DNA from: an uncultured bacterium
Lineage (GTDB): Bacteria; Patescibacteriota; Minisyncoccia; Phycocordibacterales; UBA6065
NCBI GenBank assembly: GCA_963841935.1
Contig: CAWJEP010000005.1
Coordinates: 5,577-69,576, forward strand
Reading direction: 5' to 3'
DNA: 64,000 nt
Below the pieces are notes generated by a model. It saw only the letters and a list, made by a program, of their open reading frames with translations. It was not told where the DNA came from and made no database searches. Each line of letters begins with the position of its first letter. The first letter of the stretch is position 1. Both the position numbers and the translations under genes were made by a program. This document shows positions 47,598 through 56,166 of the stretch, piece by piece.

Positions 47598-48485
47598 ATG
47601 GGAGCGCTTATCACAAAATTTTTAACGCCGTTCCTTCTAATCCTCGTTTTTGCCGTAGGCGCCTATGAATTTGGTGAAAGACATCCCATAGCTGCGCCGA
47701 CCGTTTATTACAGTCTCGATGCGAAGCAAAACGACCAGCAAATCATAAGCGTCATTGGAAATGCCCATAAATATATTTATTTCGCTATTTACGAATTTAC
47801 GAAAGATAATATAGCGCAAGCTCTAATCGCCGCGAAGGAAAAGGGAATAGATGTCGAAGGTGTTTTGGATAGAGACAATTCCACGGCCGCCGAAGAAGCG
47901 CCGATAGTCAAAGAGCTCGAGGCGGCGGGAATAAAAATCGAAACTCAAATTCATACTGACGGCATAATGCATATCAAAGCGATAGTTACCGACAACGAAT
48001 ACGCTTCGGGAAGCTACAATTGGACGGCGTCGGCCACGAATGTAAACGACGAGATTTTGGAAGTCGGCACGGACGAAAACACGCTCGAGCAGTACCAAAA
48101 CATTTTGAAAAATCTTTTGTCTGTGAACGCGACTGGAGCAGGCACACCGGCGTACGAGGACCTGAGCAAAGCGCCCGCAGTAGCCGGTGTGCCTGCGGAA
48201 GGAGCGATTGATTATACAGATGCCAAAAACCACATCGGCGAAACGACTGCGGTAAGCGGACAAATAGAACGCGTTTACATATCTTCGAGTGGACAAGTTT
48301 TCTTTGACTATTGTTCCAATTACAAGACTTGTCCCTTTAGCGCCGTGATTTTTGCCGACGACGCGAAGAATTTCACGGACGTATCGCAATACGAAGGTGA
48401 GACTATCACGGTTACCGGCCCCGTAAAAAGTTACAATGGAACTCCGGAAATAGTCATTTCCTCGCCGGACCAGATTTCCAAGTAA
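47598..48485 (+). CDS. Secreted phospholipase-D-family (HKD) nuclease-like protein
   Basis: N-terminal signal/TM. HIKAIVTDNEYASGSYNWTASA fits HxK(x)4D(x)5GSxN. Extra C-terminal domain. Confidence 0.6.
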   Translation: MGALITKFLTPFLLILVFAVGAYEFGERHPIAAPTVYYSLDAKQNDQQIISVIGNAHKYIYFAIYEFTKDNIAQALIAAKEKGIDVEGVLDRDNSTAAEEAPIVKELEAAGIKIETQIHTDGIMHIKAIVTDNEYASGSYNWTASATNVNDEILEVGTDENTLEQYQNILKNLLSVNATGAGTPAYEDLSKAPAVAGVPAEGAIDYTDAKNHIGETTAVSGQIERVYISSSGQVFFDYCSNYKTCPFSAVIFADDAKNFTDVSQYEGETITVTGPVKSYNGTPEIVISSPDQISK

Positions 48486-48486
48486 C

Positions 48487-49443
48487 ATGTTCACGAAGAA
48501 ACAATTTTTAATAATTCTGGTCGCCGCCGTGGTCATTTTTGCCTTCTGCGCCGCTTATTCTCTTTATCAGAAAACGGAAAGCCAACTTCTGGAAACTACG
48601 CGGCAGTTGGGCGTGACCCAGAGAGCGCTTTTGGCACTTCAAGCATCGACGACGGCTGCGCTTCAAAACGAAACGGCGCTCATAGCTTCGGAGTCGGCGG
48701 CATTAAAACAGAGCCAGTCGGGACAAGCGACTCTCAAACAATCTCTACAAAGTTTTCAAAATTCCACTGAAGCGGCGCAGAAATCTTTCGTCACTAACGT
48801 CAACGCCGTGGCGCCGTCCGTGGTGGAGCTTGTCTGCAATTCGGACGATAAGGGAGATTTACAGCAAGGTTCCGGCGTTCTTTACTATTCGGGACTCGCC
48901 AAAGAACCTTATTTCGTCCAAACCAATTTGCACGTCGTGACGTCGCAGGACAACAGCACCTCATCCTGTTCCATAATCGTCTATCCGGATTACACCAATC
49001 CGTCTTCGTATTTCGTTTATCAAAGCACCGGGCTACAAGTGCCGATTGGCGGCGCGGACATCGCCTTTATAGCACCGACCTTGGTCGCCGACCAGCACGC
49101 GGGCACTCTCGCCGACCTGACAAAATATTCTTTAAACTCCGGAAAAATTTCATTTTGCCAAAATGACGTCGTTGGCGACCATCTTTCCGTTCTCGGCTAT
49201 CCTGCCGTCGGCGGACAGACTCTCACCGTCACGGACGGAATAATTTCCGGGTTTGAAACCGATAGCGGTTTTCAATTCATCAAAACTTCGGCGAAAATCG
49301 ACAAAGGCAATAGCGGCGGCATCGCCATCGAAGACAGCGGCTGCGTTCTCGGCATTCCGACTTATATAGAAGCGGACGCAAACGGTTCCATCGGTCGCAT
49401 CTTGGACTTGGGAAGTATATTCAAAAGCTCGACTCCGCAGTAA
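48487..49443 (+). CDS. Membrane-anchored trypsin-like (S1) serine protease
   Basis: N-terminal TM plus coiled coil. TNLHVV (His), GADIAFI (Asp) and GNSGGIA (Ser) motifs. Confidence 0.55.
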   Translation: MFTKKQFLIILVAAVVIFAFCAAYSLYQKTESQLLETTRQLGVTQRALLALQASTTAALQNETALIASESAALKQSQSGQATLKQSLQSFQNSTEAAQKSFVTNVNAVAPSVVELVCNSDDKGDLQQGSGVLYYSGLAKEPYFVQTNLHVVTSQDNSTSSCSIIVYPDYTNPSSYFVYQSTGLQVPIGGADIAFIAPTLVADQHAGTLADLTKYSLNSGKISFCQNDVVGDHLSVLGYPAVGGQTLTVTDGIISGFETDSGFQFIKTSAKIDKGNSGGIAIEDSGCVLGIPTYIEADANGSIGRILDLGSIFKSSTPQ

Positions 49444-50361
49444 TTATTTCGTGTGCAGATGAAGGTAAATGTCCTCGAGAGCTTTGACGGCGTCGCCGGC
49501 GGCGATGTTGTTCTGGTGATAGAGGCCGTCCGTGACGTCTCCGGCCGCCCAGATGCCTTCGCACGAGGTCTTTTGGGTCTTCGGGTCGGTAATTATCATT
49601 CCGTATTGATTGAGGTCGACTAGGCCTTTGAGAAATTCCGTCGATGGCACGGAGCCGATTTCAACGAATATTCCGGTCACGAGAAGTTCTTTTTCTTTGT
49701 CGTCTTCACCGCGGTAGGTGAGTGATTTGACGAATTTCGCGCCGTCAATTTTCACAAGCGGAGCGTTCGTCAGAGCGTGCATTTTCGGATTGGACAAAAC
49801 TTTTTTCACGGAGCTCGGGTCGGCGCGAAATTCATCGCTTCTGTTTAAAAGCGTTACTGATTTGCAGTAGGCGAGAAGTTGAGCGGCGCTGTCGAAAGCG
49901 GCATTTCCTCCGCCGATGATGGCTACGTCTTGATCGGCGAAAAGTGGTCCGTCGCAACTCGCGCAATAAGTAATACCCTTGTTTTCAAATTCTTTGGCGC
50001 CCGGCACTTCGAGCTTTCTCCTGTGGCTTCCCGCCGTAATCAGAATTGTTTTGGCCTCATACGAAGCCGCGTTCGTCGAAACGACGAACGCGGCGCCTTT
50101 TTTCTCTATTTTCTCGCACATCTCGCCCTCTTTTATCTCCACGACATCGCCTTGGTATGTTTCCAAATGTTTCTTTAAATTCTCCGACAAATCCGCCCCG
50201 GAAATTTTCGGCGTGCCGACCCAATTTTGGATTTCTTCGGAAACGGCGCTTTGCCCTCCGAAATCTTTTGTTATGAAAACGGTCTTGAGTCTTTTTCTGG
50301 ACGCATAGACACCGGCCGCCACTCCTGCCGGTCCGCCGCCGATGATTGCTAGGTCGTACAT
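49444..50361 (-). CDS. trxB: Thioredoxin-disulfide reductase
   Basis: AIIGGGPAG (FAD site). The redox-active CASCDG is present. Intact 305 aa. Confidence 0.9.
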   Translation of the reverse strand: MYDLAIIGGGPAGVAAGVYASRKRLKTVFITKDFGGQSAVSEEIQNWVGTPKISGADLSENLKKHLETYQGDVVEIKEGEMCEKIEKKGAAFVVSTNAASYEAKTILITAGSHRRKLEVPGAKEFENKGITYCASCDGPLFADQDVAIIGGGNAAFDSAAQLLAYCKSVTLLNRSDEFRADPSSVKKVLSNPKMHALTNAPLVKIDGAKFVKSLTYRGEDDKEKELLVTGIFVEIGSVPSTEFLKGLVDLNQYGMIITDPKTQKTSCEGIWAAGDVTDGLYHQNNIAAGDAVKALEDIYLHLHTK

Positions 50362-50368
50362 CTTCTTT

Positions 50369-51511
50369 TTATTTCTTGCGTTTCAGAAAAGAGGGAAGAG
50401 CGCCCCAGTCGTCTTCTTCAATTACCGGCGTGGATTTCTTTTCTTCTTTTTTCTCGGCGGCTTTCTCTTCTTTGGTCTGAGCTGCCGACGTACCAAAAAC
50501 TTTGCCTTTTTCCTTGTCGTCCTGGAAAAGCCGCTTGTGAATCAGATTGGCCGCGCCGTCTCCAAAACCCGTGGCGATGACCGTGACTTTTATGTCGCCT
50601 TTCTTGAGTTTTTCGTCTCTGACGGCTCCGAATATGACTTTGGCGTTCGGGTCAATCGAGTCGGTAATGATTTTCGCCGCGTCCTGAATCTCGAGCATTC
50701 CGACGTCTTCGCCTCCGGAAACGGAGAACAAAACGCCCTTGGCTCCGTTGATGGAAAGGTCGAGAAGAGGCGAGCTGATGGCGGCCTTGGCGGCTTCTTC
50801 CGCGCGTTTTTCGCCGGATGCTTGGCCGATGCCCATGAGTGCGGAGCCAGCGTTTTCCATAATGGCGCGGATATCGGCGAAGTCTATGTTGATGATTCCG
50901 GGCATCGTAATCAAATATGAAATGCCTTCGACGCCCTGGCGAAGAACTTCATCGCACATCGCGAACGCTTGTTTGGCCGTCGTGTTTCTGTCTATGGTCG
51001 CGAGGAGGCGGTCGTTTGGAATGACGACGATAGCGTCGACTTCCTTCTTGAGATTTTCGAGAGCTTGTTCGGCGATGGCCATGCGCTGTTTGCCTTCAAA
51101 AGAGAAAGGCTTTGTCACGACGGCGACGGTCAAAGCGCCCAGTTCTTTAGCCGTTTTAGCGATAGTCGGAGCGGCGCCCGAGGCCGTGCCGCCGCCTAGT
51201 CCGCAAGCGATGAACACCATGTCCGCGCCCTTGATGGCTTCCTGAATTTCTTCTTTGGTTTCATCGGCGGCACGGCGTCCGATTTCCGGATTCATTCCGG
51301 CGCCCAAACCTTTGGTCAAATTTTTCCCGATATGGATTTTCTTCTTGGACATGCACTGATGCAAATCCTGCGCGTCGGTGTTGACCGCGATAAACTCGAC
51401 GCCGCGGACTTTCGAGTTGATCATGTGATTCAACGCGTTCTTGCCTGAACCGCCGGGGCCGATGACCTTGATGCGGGCGAACGTTTCGATTTCCGGAGTT
51501 ATATGCGGCAT
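50369..51511 (-). CDS. ftsZ: Cell division protein FtsZ
   Basis: IKVIGPGGSGKNALNHM. GGGTASGAAP (tubulin signature). ATG placed at 51511 inside the longer ORF. Confidence 0.95.
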   Translation of the reverse strand: MPHITPEIETFARIKVIGPGGSGKNALNHMINSKVRGVEFIAVNTDAQDLHQCMSKKKIHIGKNLTKGLGAGMNPEIGRRAADETKEEIQEAIKGADMVFIACGLGGGTASGAAPTIAKTAKELGALTVAVVTKPFSFEGKQRMAIAEQALENLKKEVDAIVVIPNDRLLATIDRNTTAKQAFAMCDEVLRQGVEGISYLITMPGIINIDFADIRAIMENAGSALMGIGQASGEKRAEEAAKAAISSPLLDLSINGAKGVLFSVSGGEDVGMLEIQDAAKIITDSIDPNAKVIFGAVRDEKLKKGDIKVTVIATGFGDGAANLIHKRLFQDDKEKGKVFGTSAAQTKEEKAAEKKEEKKSTPVIEEDDWGALPSFLKRKK

Positions 51512-51607
51512 ATGGAGTATTAAATAAAGTAATAAATTGCCTTCGATTTCGGTAAGGCAAATACTATAAAAGCCAAAGGAAAAAGGCAATACTTGACAGC
51601 TTTGGGT

Positions 51608-52774
51608 TTACGGCAAGAACTGCGATAACCAAGATTTGAGTTTTCCGACGGTTGGACGGACAACTTTGATACCGGACGTTTCCGAGGTTTCGTTGGTAAG
51701 CCCAAGTACACAAAGGCCGTAGGCCACGCTCCAGGCGCTGTCTTTTACGCCGTCTTTTCCGCCGAAAAGAGCGACTCGAGAAGGAAGTTTGAGGGCGACT
51801 CTCGCCATATCGTCGAGGTTGGCGACGCCGGAACCTCCGCCGGTAATGACGATGCCGGCCGGAAGCAAAGCGTTTCGGTCTATTTTTTTCAAATGAGCTT
51901 CGATGAGGTCCAAAATGTCGGCGACGCGCGCCGTGATGATGTCCTCGATTTTTTTCTTAGGATAATCGTCGGAAGCGGCGATGCCTTTCTTGACGCTCTC
52001 GGCTTCTTCGATTGGAATTTTAAGTCCGAGGGCGATGCCGTGTGTGATGTCGGTCGAGCCGACCGGAAAGACGGCGAGAGAAATCGGAATATTATTTTCG
52101 TAAACCACGATGGAGACCGTTTCGGAACCAATGTTGGCCAAAATCGCGCCGGCGACTTTCTGAGCTTTGGAGAGCGTCACAAGCGATGCCGCGATCGGCG
52201 ATGCCACTATGTCTAGGATTTCAACGCCCAAATCGTTGATAACTTCCACTAAATCGTTTAAATGGCGCTCCAAACACGTGACAAACAGGACTTTGACCTC
52301 GAGGCGTTTACCCTTCATGCCTTTCGGCTCGCCATAAACCGGCTCGCCGTCAACCGAATATGAAATCGGAATCGTGTGAATGATTCGGCGATTACTTTTT
52401 TCCGAAACCGGAAGAGCCTGTTCCGCGAGAGTTATGCTCTTTGAAATATCGGAGTCGGTAATGACTCCGTCGGCGCGCGGTATGGACATCGTCGCCCCTC
52501 CCATGACGCTTTGAAGTCCGATGCCGCCAATAGAGAGGTAAGCGGTTTTTATTTTTACGCCGCTGGAGCGTTCCGCCTGGTCGAGGGCCTTTCTCACGCT
52601 TCTCGCGACCTCTACGGAGTTGACGATGTAACCATGACGAAGTCCGCGGCTCTCGGCGTAGCCGGTGCCGATGACTTTTGGTTTTTTTGATGGACTGGAT
52701 GACTCAATTTCAGCCACGACGATTTTGACTTGGTATGTTCCTATATCTATGCCTGTGGCGAGGTTTCTTGACAT
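51608..52774 (-). CDS. ftsA: Cell division protein FtsA
   Basis: MSRNLATGIDIGTYQVK... actin-like ATPase. ATG placed at 52774. Confidence 0.9.
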   Translation of the reverse strand: MSRNLATGIDIGTYQVKIVVAEIESSSPSKKPKVIGTGYAESRGLRHGYIVNSVEVARSVRKALDQAERSSGVKIKTAYLSIGGIGLQSVMGGATMSIPRADGVITDSDISKSITLAEQALPVSEKSNRRIIHTIPISYSVDGEPVYGEPKGMKGKRLEVKVLFVTCLERHLNDLVEVINDLGVEILDIVASPIAASLVTLSKAQKVAGAILANIGSETVSIVVYENNIPISLAVFPVGSTDITHGIALGLKIPIEEAESVKKGIAASDDYPKKKIEDIITARVADILDLIEAHLKKIDRNALLPAGIVITGGGSGVANLDDMARVALKLPSRVALFGGKDGVKDSAWSVAYGLCVLGLTNETSETSGIKVVRPTVGKLKSWLSQFLP

Positions 52775-52788
52775 TGTGTGCGCGAACG

Positions 52789-53184
52789 TCAAATGCCGAA
52801 TTGTTTTCGGATTTTTCGTTCTTGTCTCTCCATTGTAGCCCCATGTCGCATTCCTTTCAAATGACAAAGACCGTGGATAAACAGGTACGAGAGGTAATTT
52901 GAAAACGGGCGCGCGAAAAGGCGCGCCTTTTCGCGCGCCGCGCTCTTGCATATGAAAATCTCGCCGGCATTTTCTTCAAGTTCGAAACTCAAAATGTCGG
53001 TGGCGTAATCTTTGCCGCGGTATTTTTTATTCGTCTCCCGCATTTTCTTCGGACCGATGAAAGCCAAAGAAAGGTCATAATCTTTTCCAAGCACGGCGTT
53101 TTTTGCCAAATGAAAAAAGCGGGCATTTTCTCGCTTGTGCGCTTCGCTCCGACTTACGCGCTCGAAAATGCCCGCTTTTTTCAT
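52789..53184 (-). CDS. ybeY: rRNA maturation endoribonuclease YbeY (start codon uncertain)
   Basis: DILSFELEE and the zinc motif HGLCHLKGMRH. The annotated ATG at 53184 lies inside a 21-bp hairpin arm. An alternative TTG start is at 53109. Confidence 0.7.
   Translation of the reverse strand: MKKAGIFERVSRSEAHKRENARFFHLAKNAVLGKDYDLSLAFIGPKKMRETNKKYRGKDYATDILSFELEENAGEIFICKSAAREKARLFARPFSNYLSYLFIHGLCHLKGMRHGATMERQERKIRKQFGI
53110..53184. repeat. Hairpin element copy 1: 21-bp perfect inverted repeat around a 33-nt loop with a conserved 29-nt core
   Basis: ATGAAAAAAGCGGGCATTTTC [TCGCTTGTGCGCTTCGCTCCGACTTACGCGCTC] GAAAATGCCCGCTTTTTTCAT. A-run upstream and T-run downstream. Confidence 0.75.
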
Positions 53185-53439
53185 TTACTTACGGCCGCGG
53201 CCTTTTCTTTCTTCAGGTTTCAATTTTCCTTGTTTGATGAGAGTGGCTTTGGTTTCGGCGCGTTCGTTGAGTGTTAGGCGGCTTCTCTTTACTTTGAAAT
53301 GTGACTGGGTGCGGGTGTTGTAGCGGATAGAACGGACGCGAGGCAATATGCCGGAGCCCTGAACTCTTTTCGTAAATCTGCGGAGAATCGAAAGGGCGTT
53401 CTCCGTCGCGTTTTTCGTGACTTCCACGTTTGTTGCCAT
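53185..53439 (-). CDS. rpsU: 30S ribosomal protein S21
   Basis: 84 aa, basic. ...ALSILRRFTKRVQGSGIL...RSRL... is the S21 pattern. Confidence 0.75.
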   Translation of the reverse strand: MATNVEVTKNATENALSILRRFTKRVQGSGILPRVRSIRYNTRTQSHFKVKRSRLTLNERAETKATLIKQGKLKPEERKGRGRK

Positions 53440-53489
53440 AGAGCGATAAGTCTAAATGATATTGGTAAAAAAGTCAAAACTGGCCGTAT

Positions 53490-54722
53490 TTAGGCGATTC
53501 TGTGGATTTTTATGTATTTGGCCAAATCTTTTATGAAGACTGTTTCTTGGGCGCGAGTGCCGTTGTGGCGGACGATGACGCTATCCTCCATTGCTTCTTT
53601 TTTGCCCATAATAATGACGTAGGGACTTTTCATATATTCGGCCAAGGACACTTGTCCGGCCATTTTGTCGCGGGCGAGGGCGTGAGAGACCGGCACGCCG
53701 GCGAGACGCAGAGTCTCGATAACCGCGAGCGATTTGAGCTTGGCTTCATAGCCGAGCTGCATAAAGCAGATATTCGGTCGCGAAAGTTTTTTGGCTTTTG
53801 CCTGCGTCAGAACGTGCCGCTCTTTCGAGGGGTACGCGACGGAGACGCCGGCGGCCATTACTTCTTTTTTGTTGCCGAGTTTTTTCGCCAAGGTGTCGTA
53901 TCGAACTCCGACGGCCAAGGGATGGTCTTTGGGATTTCCCGTCCGAATTTCGAAAACCGTTTCCGAACAATAATCGCGGTTGGCGACCAGGGTGTTTTTT
54001 ATTTCATAAGGAATTTCTAGACATTCGACAAATTCCAAAATTTCTTTGAATCGGCCGCGGCTTTCTTCCGATAGAAAGTTGATGGCTTTCGGGCAATCGG
54101 CCGAAAGCTCGACGCATTTCTCGTGCGTGCAACCGAGAAGCGAAAACGGGTCTTTTTTGAATTTCTCTTTGCAAGTCGCCGGCAAATCGGCGAGATGTCG
54201 GCGGTAATAGGCGGTGAGCTCTCGGCCGAAGCGCGCGGTGGATTCTTTGTCGCCGATGGAATTGATTTCAAGATGAAGGTCGGAGTATCCGACCTTGGAA
54301 AGAAGGGCGAGCGCCGTTTTGATAAGCATAGCTTCGGCGATGGATCTATTCGTGCCGAGAATGTCGAATGAATGATGGGATTCTTTCGAGCTCAACTTTG
54401 TCCTGTCATTTTTGAAAGGCCTAACGGTGGAAATCATCACGGGCTGGGGTTCTCGAAAAAGATTGTATTCTTCGTATAGACGAATGAGAGAGATTTTTTC
54501 TTCAAGCTTGGTCCACGCTCCGCCGTCATGGCTGTCGCTGTCGACGACTATTTCTCCATCGGAAATTTTCTTCGCCGCCGCGATGTCGGATGGCGTGATG
54601 GACGGCACGTTTATCGGCGTGAAGCCGTAATAAAGTCCCACCTCGTGGCCAGTCGAAAGATGCGCGGTGGCGGTAATATCGGCAAGACTCCTCTTTTTTT
54701 CTTTCGGCGTGCGATCGCTCAT
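53490..54722 (-). CDS. hisS: Histidyl-tRNA synthetase-like class II aaRS, with divergent catalytic motifs
   Basis: HLEINSIGDKES and LSEESRGRF...DYCSETVFE align to HisRS. HisRS-type anticodon-binding domain YVIIMGKKEAMEDSVIV. Motif 1 and 2 positions read IRLYEE and FREPQPVMISTVRPF. Confidence 0.6.
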   Translation of the reverse strand: MSDRTPKEKKRSLADITATAHLSTGHEVGLYYGFTPINVPSITPSDIAAAKKISDGEIVVDSDSHDGGAWTKLEEKISLIRLYEEYNLFREPQPVMISTVRPFKNDRTKLSSKESHHSFDILGTNRSIAEAMLIKTALALLSKVGYSDLHLEINSIGDKESTARFGRELTAYYRRHLADLPATCKEKFKKDPFSLLGCTHEKCVELSADCPKAINFLSEESRGRFKEILEFVECLEIPYEIKNTLVANRDYCSETVFEIRTGNPKDHPLAVGVRYDTLAKKLGNKKEVMAAGVSVAYPSKERHVLTQAKAKKLSRPNICFMQLGYEAKLKSLAVIETLRLAGVPVSHALARDKMAGQVSLAEYMKSPYVIIMGKKEAMEDSVIVRHNGTRAQETVFIKDLAKYIKIHRIA

Positions 54723-54726
54723 ATAA

Positions 54727-55305
54727 TTATTCGCTGAAATGGACGTCACCCGGACGAGCGGCTAAGGTCGATACGGGCAAGAGACGGAAAAGCGGAGTGC
54801 CGACGATATCGTTTGCCGGCACCGGCCCCCAAATGCGCGAATCAGAGCTGACCATCCTGTTGTCGCCCATGACGAAATACTGGCTAGGGCCGAGAGTTAC
54901 CGTCTCTTCGCCCAGCGTTTCGCCTTGGGCGTAAGGTTCGGAAAGAACGAAACCGTCAGGGTGCGAAATATTTTTTATTGTCACAGTGTTGTCGCTAACG
55001 ACGACCGTATCGCCGGGAAGGCCGATGACTCGTTTGATAAAATATTCGCTCGGGTCGAGAGGATATTTGAATATCATGACGTCGCCTCGATTTGGCGTGC
55101 CAAGCTCGTAAGAAAGCTCGTCAATGATGAGATATTGTCCATTGGCGAAAGTCTTGTCCATGGAATCGCCGGAAACGACGAACGGCTGGGCTATCCAAAG
55201 ACGGATAGGGACGACGATGACGAGAGCAATGACGGCGTAGATGAGGACTTCTTTTATGAAAGAGCCGGATTTCTTGGCGGGCGGAGTATTTTCCATGCGC
55301 GTCAT
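54727..55305 (-). CDS. lepB: Signal peptidase I
   Basis: SGDSM (catalytic Ser), KRVIGLPGD and GDNRMVSSDSR motifs. ATG chosen at 55305. Confidence 0.75.
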   Translation of the reverse strand: MTRMENTPPAKKSGSFIKEVLIYAVIALVIVVPIRLWIAQPFVVSGDSMDKTFANGQYLIIDELSYELGTPNRGDVMIFKYPLDPSEYFIKRVIGLPGDTVVVSDNTVTIKNISHPDGFVLSEPYAQGETLGEETVTLGPSQYFVMGDNRMVSSDSRIWGPVPANDIVGTPLFRLLPVSTLAARPGDVHFSE

Positions 55306-55328
55306 TATACACGAAACGCTCGATAAGC

Positions 55329-55403
55329 AAAACAAAGTGGCGATATTTTTTGCTTGTGCGCTTCGCTCCGACTTACGCGCAAAAAATATCGCCACTTTGT
55401 TTT
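55329..55403. repeat. Hairpin element copy 2: 23-bp perfect inverted repeat around a 29-nt core identical to copy 1
   Basis: AAAACAAAGTGGCGATATTTTTT [GCTTGTGCGCTTCGCTCCGACTTACGCGC] AAAAAATATCGCCACTTTGTTTT. It lies 24-25 nt upstream of both the lepB and the pth start codons (divergent genes). Confidence 0.75.
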
Positions 55404-55427
55404 TTTATTTCGTGCTATGATTTTTTT

Positions 55428-56015
55428 ATGATAATCGTCGGACTCGGAAATCCTGGAGAGGAATACGAAAACACTCGGCACAATACCGGAAGAATAATTG
55501 TTTCAACTTTCGCCAAAAAACTTTGCGCGGAGTTTGAATCGGACAAGAAATCAAACGCTCTGGTAGCGGTCGGGAAAATCGGCAAAACGAAAGTGATTTT
55601 CGTTTTGCCGGAGACTTTTATGAACAAATCCGGAAACGCCGTGGGAAAGTTCGTTAAATCTATGAAAGCGGCGAAAGACCTCATAGTCGTCCATGATGAT
55701 TTGGATTTGCCGCTCGGTCGGATAAAAATTTCTTTCAACAAAAGCTCCGGCGGTCACAAAGGCGTAGAGTCCGTGATGCGCGCCGTAAAGACGGAAGCTT
55801 TTTGGCGACTTCGCGTTGGCATATCTGGCGCCAAAGCCGGAGGCAAAACCAAAAAACCTTCTGGCGACGCGCTTGTAAACAACTTTATCGTCGCGAAATG
55901 GAAACCATCGGAAGAAACGGAATTCAAAAAAGTAATAAAAAAAGCCGTCGAAGCTTTGGCGCTCGCGACGACTGACGGATGCGAAAAGGCAATGATGGAA
56001 GCCAATAGAGGCTAA
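55428..56015 (+). CDS. pth: Peptidyl-tRNA hydrolase
   Basis: MIIVGLGNPGEEYENTRHNTG...VVHDDLDLPLGRIK. Confidence 0.85.
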   Translation: MIIVGLGNPGEEYENTRHNTGRIIVSTFAKKLCAEFESDKKSNALVAVGKIGKTKVIFVLPETFMNKSGNAVGKFVKSMKAAKDLIVVHDDLDLPLGRIKISFNKSSGGHKGVESVMRAVKTEAFWRLRVGISGAKAGGKTKKPSGDALVNNFIVAKWKPSEETEFKKVIKKAVEALALATTDGCEKAMMEANRG

Positions 56016-56166
56016 AAGGAACTTATTTGCCGCCGAGTCGGCGGGACGGAACCCCATGGCTACCACGTCCCGCCGACCGGTCCAGCTTCACCCCCTTGCT
56101 CGGAAGGAGGTTTTGATAAGCTACTATTTTACGGAAAATATGTCAAGTGGCCCTTTGGGTGCCGTT

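Noticed and set aside
56016-56166. SRP (4.5S) RNA candidate
   Set aside because: The conserved domain IV pattern (GGAA-capped helix with the AGCAGCC/GGCAG asymmetric loop) is not present.
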